A stretch of DNA of 12,579 nucleotides. It comes from Candidatus Methylomirabilota bacterium (lineage in GTDB: Bacteria > Methylomirabilota > Methylomirabilia > Rokubacteriales > CSP1-6). A model generated the notes under the pieces. That model was not told the DNA's origin and made no database searches. It worked only from the letters and a program-made list of their open reading frames with translations. Shown here one piece after another: positions 7,299 through 12,579 of the stretch. The stretch lies in NCBI GenBank assembly GCA_046726415.1, contig JBKPAK010000148.1, forward strand, positions 1 to 12,579. The letters run 5' to 3'. A program made the translations under genes and the position numbers. Each line of letters opens with the position of its first letter. Position 1 is the stretch's first letter.

Positions 7299-7416
7299 CC
7301 GGGCCCCGTGTCGCGTCATTTCCACAAGAAGCACGGCACGGGCCGTCGCTAGAACCTGAAACTGGAACCTACCCGCAGGCGGGCTCAGCTCCATCGGTGG
7401 GGGGCAGCCGCTCCTA

Positions 7417-8583
7417 ATGCAGACGATCGTTCGCGGCCCCGACGCCGAGGAGTACGGCGCGAGCAACGCGTATCCGATCGGCGACCGGTCAACGTACTTT
7501 CGGGTGCCTTCCTGGTCGGCTCTCACAGCCATCTCGACGAGGTCTTTGAGGGGCGGCTGGTCCGCCGGGCTCCGACGCCGTCACCGCTGGCGCGCACCGC
7601 CGAGGAACCGGCGATCCGCTACGAGGTTGCAGGCCAGACGCGCACCCTCGACGACTACCTCGCACGGAACCCTGCCACCGGTTTTCTCGTCGCCCGCGAC
7701 GACACGATCCTCGTCGAGCGCTATCAGTACGCGCGGAGCGACCGGCACCGCTTCACCTTGTGGTCAATGGCCAAGACGGTCACCGCGATGCTCGTCGGAA
7801 TCGCTGTCGCGGAGGGCCGCATTCGCTCAGTGGACGATCGGGCCGCCGCCTACGAGCCTGCGCTGGCCGGCACCGAGTATGGGCGCACTTCGCTCCGGGA
7901 CCTGCTCGATGTCGTCAGGCGTGCGGTTCGTCGAGGAGTATTCAGGTCGTGACGACGTCTCGATGCTGGGCCGCCGACACGTTCATGCTGATCGGCGCGG
8001 GGGGCGCCGGCGCGGTCAGACCTTTCAACACGCGGGCCGTGCCAGCCGGCACCAAGTTCTCCTATGCCTCCGTCGAGACGCAGTGCTGGGCCTCGTGCTG
8101 CGCCGCGCGGTCGGATTGCCTGTCGCCGACTATCTGCACGACAAGCTCTGGGCGCCCATGGGGGCGGAAGCCGACGCGACGTGGCTCATCGACCGCTCGG
8201 ACCAGGAGGCGACCTTGTCTCAACGCGGTGCTGCGCGACTACGCGCGGCTCGGCCTTCTCCTCGCGCACGGTGGGCAGCGGCGCGGCCAACAGGTGATCC
8301 CCGCTGGTTGGCTGGAGGACGCGACGAGCGTACGCCCGGATCAGTTGCATCTCCAACCCGGAATCGCCACGCCGTTCTTCGGATACGGCTATCAGACCTG
8401 GATCTTCCCGGGGCAGCAGCGCCGGTTCTTTTCCTCGGTGTGCGGGGCCAGGCGATCTACGTCGATCCGTCCAGCCGGTTGGTCATGGTCCACACTGCCG
8501 TCCGGAAGCAACCTGTCGATTTGGCCGGCGCCCGGGAACTCGGCGCACTCTGGGGAAGCCTCGTCCGCGACTTCGGCAGGTGA
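7417..8583 (+). CDS. serine hydrolase, beta-lactamase class C / NylB-like family, six frameshifts as sequenced
   Basis: Reassembled across three frames: WSMAKT (SxxK, Ser at 7764), MSSG, FSYAS (YxS), LRDYARLG, GYGYQTW, GVRGQAIYVDP. Shifts near 7510, 7910, 7970, 8082, 8215 and 8432. No signal peptide is seen, so the N-terminus may be truncated. Confidence 0.88.
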   Translation: MQTIVRGPDAEEYGASNAYPIGDRSTYFRVPSWSALTAISTRSLRGGWSAGLRRRHRWRAPPRNRRSATRLQARRAPSTTTSHGTLPPVFSSPATTRSSSSAISTRGATGTASPCGQWPRRSPRCSSESLSRRAAFAQWTIGPPPTSLRWPAPSMGALRSGTCSMSSGVRFVEEYSGRDDVSMLGRRHVHADRRGGRRRGQTFQHAGRASRHQVLLCLRRDAVLGLVLRRAVGLPVADYLHDKLWAPMGAEADATWLIDRSDQEATLSQRGAARLRAARPSPRARWAAARPTGDPRWLAGGRDERTPGSVASPTRNRHAVLRIRLSDLDLPGAAAPVLFLGVRGQAIYVDPSSRLVMVHTAVRKQPVDLAGARELGALWGSLVRDFGR

Positions 8584-8651
8584 GTCACGCGCGTCGATCA
8601 GGGCGCGAATGGACAGCCCTACACGGCGCTGATACCCTCACCAGCTCTGGC

Positions 8652-8692
8652 GGGCAGGTAGCTCCGTTGGTAGAGCACAGGACCGAAAACCT
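8652..8692 (+). tRNA. degenerate 5' half of tRNA-Phe(GAA), a fragment and not a functional gene
   Basis: GGGCAGG-TA-GCTC-CGTTGGTA-GAGC-A-CAGGA-CCGAAAA-CCT gives the acceptor 5' strand, D arm and anticodon GAA at 8685-8687. A14 and U33 are both C, and no T arm or 3' acceptor strand follows. Confidence 0.85.
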
Positions 8693-8702
8693 TTGAAGTA
8701 AA

Positions 8703-8735
8703 GACCCCTCGATAAGTCCACCACTTATCGGGGTC
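8703..8735. repeat. inverted repeat CGATAAGT-N5-ACTTATCG with outer GACCC/GGGTC pairing
   Basis: Perfect 8-bp arms at 8710-8717 and 8723-8730, plus 5 more bp after a 2-nt bulge. Starts 10 nt after the tRNA fragment and has no U-tract. Confidence 0.7.
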
Positions 8736-9063
8736 CTGAGCCGCTGACGGCCCGTCGGAAGCAAGCCAAAGCCTGATCGTATGCTGCGCCCCCCAAGGCC
8801 GCTATCGCGCGAGAAACCGCTGTAGCGCTTTCTGAGCGGTACTGCCAGCCTACGGCGCCCTGCTCAGTGGCGGGAACGCGGCGGAAGGCCGAAGTCCGGG
8901 CCGTCTGGCTCCGGGCCTGGGCAGTTCGGGTTCACGCGACGCTGGGGGTCGTGTGGGCGACCGGGCTGCTCCAGGCGGCTTTAGGCTACCATCGTGAGGA
9001 TCGTTCATCTGCGGAACCGCGCTGGCGCTGCAGGAAAGGAACGGGCGTGGAGGGAGGCCCCGG

Positions 9064-12000
9064 ATGAAGTGTCCCCGGTGCCAGGCTGAGAACGACGCGG
9101 GCGCGCGCTTCTGCGAGGACTGTGGCGCCCGGCTTGAGGCGGCCTGTCCGAGGTGTGGCACCCCTGTCACGCCGGGCAAGAAGTTCTGCCGATCCTGCGG
9201 CGCCGCGCTCACCACTGAGCCAGCGGGCCGTTTCGCCGGCCCCGAGTCGTACACTCCGAAACACCTCGCCGAGAAGATCCTCACCTCGCGGGCCGCTCTT
9301 GAGGGCGAGCGCAAGCAGGTCACCGTGTTGTTCGCCGACTTGAAAGGCTCGATGGAGTTGCTGGCCGACCGCGACCCGGAGGAGGCGCGGAAGCTCCTCG
9401 ATCCCGTCCTCGAGCGGATGATGGAGGCTGTGCACCGCTACGAGGGCACGGTGAACCAGGTGATGGGCGACGGGATCATGGCGCTCTTCGGCGCGCCGCT
9501 GGCCTACGAGGACCACGCGGTGCGGGCGTGCTATGCGGCGTTGCGGATGCAGGAGTCGGTCAAACGGTACGCCGAAGGCGTCCGACGCCGCGAGGGCATT
9601 CTCGTTCAGATCCGCGTCGGGCTTAACTCTGGCGAGGTCGTCGTCCGATCGATCGGCAGCGATCTGCACATGGACTATTCGGCCATCGGGCCGACCACGC
9701 ACTTGGCGTCCCGAATGGAGCAGATGGCCACGCCTGGGACGATCCTCATCGCGCCGGAGACGTTGCGGCTGGCTGAGGACTACGTGCAGGTGACCGCGTT
9801 GGGGGCGATGGCGGTCAAGGGGCTCGCGCACCCGGTGGACCTCTATGAGGTGACGGGAGCCGGGACGGGGCGCTCCCGGCTCCAGGCTGCCGCCGCCCGT
9901 GGGCTCACCCGGTTCGTCGGCCGCGACCCCGAGATGGAGCAGCTTCGCCAGGCCCTGGCGCGGGCTGCGGAAGGCCACGGGCAGGTCGTGGCGGTCATCG
10001 GCGAGGCGGGGGTAGGCAAGTCGCGCCTCGTCTACGAGCTCACGAACTCCCATCGCCTGGAGGGCTGGCTGGTCCTCGAGAGCGCCTCGGTCCCGTACGG
10101 CAGGGCAACAAGCTACTTGCCGGTGATCGTCCTCCTCAAGGGCTACTTCAAGATCCAGGACCGGCACGATCTCCGAGAAATCCGTGAGAAGATGACGGGG
10201 AAGCTCCTCACGCTCGATCGCGCGCTCGAGCCTACGCTCCCCGCATTGCTAGCCCTGCTCGACCCGACCGCGGACGACTCCAAATGGCAGACGTCGGACC
10301 CGGTTGAGCGTCGCCAGCGCTCGCTCGATGCCGTGAAGCAGCTGCTGCTACGGGAAGCGCGTGAGCAACCTCTCCTCGTGATCTTCGAGGATCTCCACTG
10401 GATCGACGGCGAGACTCAGACTGTTCTCGACACACTCGTCGACAGCCTAGGCTCGGCGCGTCTGTTGCTGCTCGTGAACTATCGTCCCGAGTACCAGCAC
10501 GCCTGGGGCGGCAAGACGTACTACAGCCAACTGCGACTGGACGCGCTCCCGGCCGAGAGTACTGGGGAGCTGCTGGATGGGCTCCTCGGCGACGATTCTG
10601 AACTCGCGTCGCTCAAGCAACTCCTTGTCACGCGCGGTAACCCGTTTTTCCTAGAAGAAACCATCCGCACACTGGTGGAAACCAAGGCACTGGTGGGGGA
10701 ACGAGGACGGTATCGAATGACGCAACCCCTCCAGGCCATTCAAGTTCCGCCCACGGTTCAGGCGGTGCTCGCGGCGCGCATCGACCGTCTTCCTCCGGAC
10801 GACAAACGCCTCCTACAGGTCGCTTCCGTCGTTGGCGAAGACGTGCCATGGCTATTGCTCCGAGCAATCACCGAGATCCCAGACGAAGCGCTCCGCCGCG
10901 GACTCGATCACCTGCAGGCCACCGAGTTCCTCTATGAGACCGGGCTGTTTCCGGATCTCGAGTATTCGTTCAAGCACGCGCTCACGCACGAGGTGATATA
11001 CGGCGGGTTGCTGCAGGAGCGGCGCCGCGAACTCCACGCGCGGATCGTTGATGCGATCGAAACGCTCCACCGGGACCGCCTCGGCGAGCACATCGAGCGG
11101 CTCGCCCATCACGCGCTTCGTGGCGACTTGCGAGAGAAGGCTGTCGACTATGCGCGGCAGGCTGCACTAAAGGCGGCTGCGCGGTCGGCGCTCTCAGACG
11201 CCCGGGCCTGGTTCGAGCAGGCGCTGAGTGTCGTCGATACGCTGCCGGGGAGCGCGTCCACGCTGGAGCAGGCCTTCGACATCCGCGTGGAGCTCCGGCG
11301 CGTGCTGGCCCAGCTCGGTGAACCCCGGCGAATGCTGGAGCGCCTGCGCGAAGCCGAGACCCTCGCCGAGAAATTGAACGACGACCGCCGGCGTGGTCGT
11401 GTCTGTGCGTTCATGACGACCGCATACTCACTGCTCGGCGAGCTAGACGCCGCGCTCGTCACCGGCACCCGCGCGTTGGAGATCGCCGGGCGCCTCGGGG
11501 ACCTGAGACTCCGCATCCTCACCACGAGCTTTCTTGAGCAGGCGCATTACCTCCGGGGCGAGTACGAGCGGGTGATCGAACTGGCCACCGACAACCTAGC
11601 GGCGCTGCCCGCCGACTGGATCTACGAGCATTTCGGAAACGCCGCACCGGCATCGGTCTACGATCGCGTCCAGCTCGTCGTGAGCCTCGCCGAGCTCGGC
11701 AGATTCGCCGAGGCGGCCGAGAACGCAGCCGAGGCGAACCGACTCGCCGAGCCAACGCACCATCCGTACACCGTGAGTCAGGCCCACCGCGCCGCGAGCA
11801 TGCTTCACCTCCTTGAGGGCGACTGGACGAAGGCGCGTTCACGAATCGAGCATTGGATCGCGGTGCTCCGGACCAGGAACGTTGTCCTCCAGCTTCCGAT
11901 CGCGGTCGCCGCCTCCGCCTGGGTACTGGCCCAACTCGGCGAAGCGAGCGAGGCGCTGAACCGGCTTCGGGAAGGGGAGCACCTCCTCGAGCGTGCCGCG

Positions 12001-12414
12001 GCGAGGGGATTTATCGGCTACCGCAGCTGGGCCTGGCTAGGTCGGGCCTGTCTGCTGCTCAATCAGCTCGACGAGGCCCAGCGCTTGAGTGCCCGCGCGG
12101 TCGAATCCTCTCGGAGTCATCCCGGGTTCGCGGCCCATGAGCTGCACCTGCTCGGCGACATCGCGACCCATCCCAACCGGTTCGACCCCGAGCGCGGCGA
12201 GGCCCGCTACCGCCAGGCGCTGGTCCTCGCCGAGCCGCGCGGCATGCGCCCGGTCGTGGCCCACTGTCAGCTCGGCCTCGGCAAGCTCTACCGGCGCACA
12301 GGCCAGCGCGAGCAGACCCGCCAGCACCTCGCCACCGCGATAACGCTCTACCGCGACATGGACATGCGGTTCTATCTGGAGCAGGCGGAGGCGGAAGTGA
12401 GCGAGCTGACGTGA
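9064..12414 (+). CDS. double zinc ribbon + class III adenylate/guanylate cyclase + STAND/AAA ATPase + TPR-like protein (1116 aa)
   Basis: SD GGAGG and four N-terminal CxxC. Cyclase motifs VLFADLKGS, NQVMGDGIMALFG, RVGLNSGEV, THLASRM. Walker A GEAGVGKS, Walker B LLVIFEDLHW, GNPFFLEE, YSFKHAL, then a helical repeat C-terminus. Uninterrupted frame. Confidence 0.95.
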   Translation: MKCPRCQAENDAGARFCEDCGARLEAACPRCGTPVTPGKKFCRSCGAALTTEPAGRFAGPESYTPKHLAEKILTSRAALEGERKQVTVLFADLKGSMELLADRDPEEARKLLDPVLERMMEAVHRYEGTVNQVMGDGIMALFGAPLAYEDHAVRACYAALRMQESVKRYAEGVRRREGILVQIRVGLNSGEVVVRSIGSDLHMDYSAIGPTTHLASRMEQMATPGTILIAPETLRLAEDYVQVTALGAMAVKGLAHPVDLYEVTGAGTGRSRLQAAAARGLTRFVGRDPEMEQLRQALARAAEGHGQVVAVIGEAGVGKSRLVYELTNSHRLEGWLVLESASVPYGRATSYLPVIVLLKGYFKIQDRHDLREIREKMTGKLLTLDRALEPTLPALLALLDPTADDSKWQTSDPVERRQRSLDAVKQLLLREAREQPLLVIFEDLHWIDGETQTVLDTLVDSLGSARLLLLVNYRPEYQHAWGGKTYYSQLRLDALPAESTGELLDGLLGDDSELASLKQLLVTRGNPFFLEETIRTLVETKALVGERGRYRMTQPLQAIQVPPTVQAVLAARIDRLPPDDKRLLQVASVVGEDVPWLLLRAITEIPDEALRRGLDHLQATEFLYETGLFPDLEYSFKHALTHEVIYGGLLQERRRELHARIVDAIETLHRDRLGEHIERLAHHALRGDLREKAVDYARQAALKAAARSALSDARAWFEQALSVVDTLPGSASTLEQAFDIRVELRRVLAQLGEPRRMLERLREAETLAEKLNDDRRRGRVCAFMTTAYSLLGELDAALVTGTRALEIAGRLGDLRLRILTTSFLEQAHYLRGEYERVIELATDNLAALPADWIYEHFGNAAPASVYDRVQLVVSLAELGRFAEAAENAAEANRLAEPTHHPYTVSQAHRAASMLHLLEGDWTKARSRIEHWIAVLRTRNVVLQLPIAVAASAWVLAQLGEASEALNRLREGEHLLERAAARGFIGYRSWAWLGRACLLLNQLDEAQRLSARAVESSRSHPGFAAHELHLLGDIATHPNRFDPERGEARYRQALVLAEPRGMRPVVAHCQLGLGKLYRRTGQREQTRQHLATAITLYRDMDMRFYLEQAEAEVSELT

Positions 12415-12579
12415 AGAAGCCGCAGCGCTCCGATGGCAGCTCTCCTCAGCGCGCCGCCACCCCCGAACACCATCACCTCATCCTCGACCAGTTCACGCGC
12501 CAGGCCGCGGCGTTCTCGGTGTCGCCTCACATCAAGGACGAAGCCGCGCTTCGGCTCATCGTCGAGTGGAGCGGCGCGG
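12411..12579 (+). CDS. 5' part of a probable class I SAM-dependent methyltransferase, 3' partial
   Basis: GTG overlaps the cyclase stop (GTGA). Translation MKKPQRSDGSSPQRAATPEHHHLILDQFTRQAAAFSVSPHIKDEAALRLIVEWSGA, open to the window edge. The QFxxQAxxF leader is typical of UbiE-like methyltransferases, but motif I lies outside the window. Confidence 0.6.
   Translation, partial: MKKPQRSDGSSPQRAATPEHHHLILDQFTRQAAAFSVSPHIKDEAALRLIVEWSGA

Noticed and set aside
7345-7359. GTCGCTAGAACCTGA resembling the candidate att core at 501-522
   Set aside because: Inverted relative to the left site, only 12/15 identical, and lacking the dyad arms.
7417-8583. Calling the hydrolase an antibiotic-resistance beta-lactamase
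   Set aside because: SxxK plus YxS and GxxGQ fit the broad esterase/NylB-like group. AmpC-type YxN and KTG motifs are absent.
361-8588. GTGAGTCAC at 361-369 and 8580-8588 as a possible target duplication
   Set aside because: Only 9 bp, both copies include stop codons, and chance matches of this length are abundant.
1668-9040. Identical 14-mer GCTGCAGGAAAGGA upstream of the integrase (minus, 1668-1681) and the cyclase (plus, 9027-9040)
   Set aside because: About one such match is expected by chance in a window this size, part of it is SD-like purine sequence, and it does not extend.
8850-9067. Short ORFs upstream of the cyclase
   Set aside because: No motif or clear SD, with low-complexity Arg/Ala/Gly composition.

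Overview
GC-rich bacterial window. The gene families suggest a Rokubacteria/Methylomirabilota-like diderm, but that is inference only. From left to right: (1) the 3' end of a beta-ketoacyl synthase-like gene. (2) A compact candidate integrative element of about 4 kb (~500-4480). It holds a minus-strand operon of an XRE HTH regulator (with a palindromic operator over a near-leaderless promoter), a membrane-anchored protein split by one in-frame TGA, and a tyrosine integrase. It also holds a divergent stand-alone ATP-dependent DNA ligase and a convergent four-gene cluster of tiny proteins (RHH-like, two Cys/His-rich, one unknown), two of which are not called correctly in the ORF track. (3) A pagL-like beta-barrel gene and a truncated secreted protein with 17-aa NTTG repeats. 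(4) A SAM methyltransferase and a class C-type serine hydrolase. (5) A degenerate 5' half of tRNA-Phe followed by an inverted repeat, probably an att scar. (6) An intact 1116-aa zinc ribbon/class III cyclase/STAND ATPase/TPR gene with non-canonical cyclase residues, coupled to a methyltransferase that runs off the window. At least 15 frameshifts fall between 500 and 8600 and none in the 3.35 kb cyclase gene, so read errors and real decay cannot be separated from this sequence alone.
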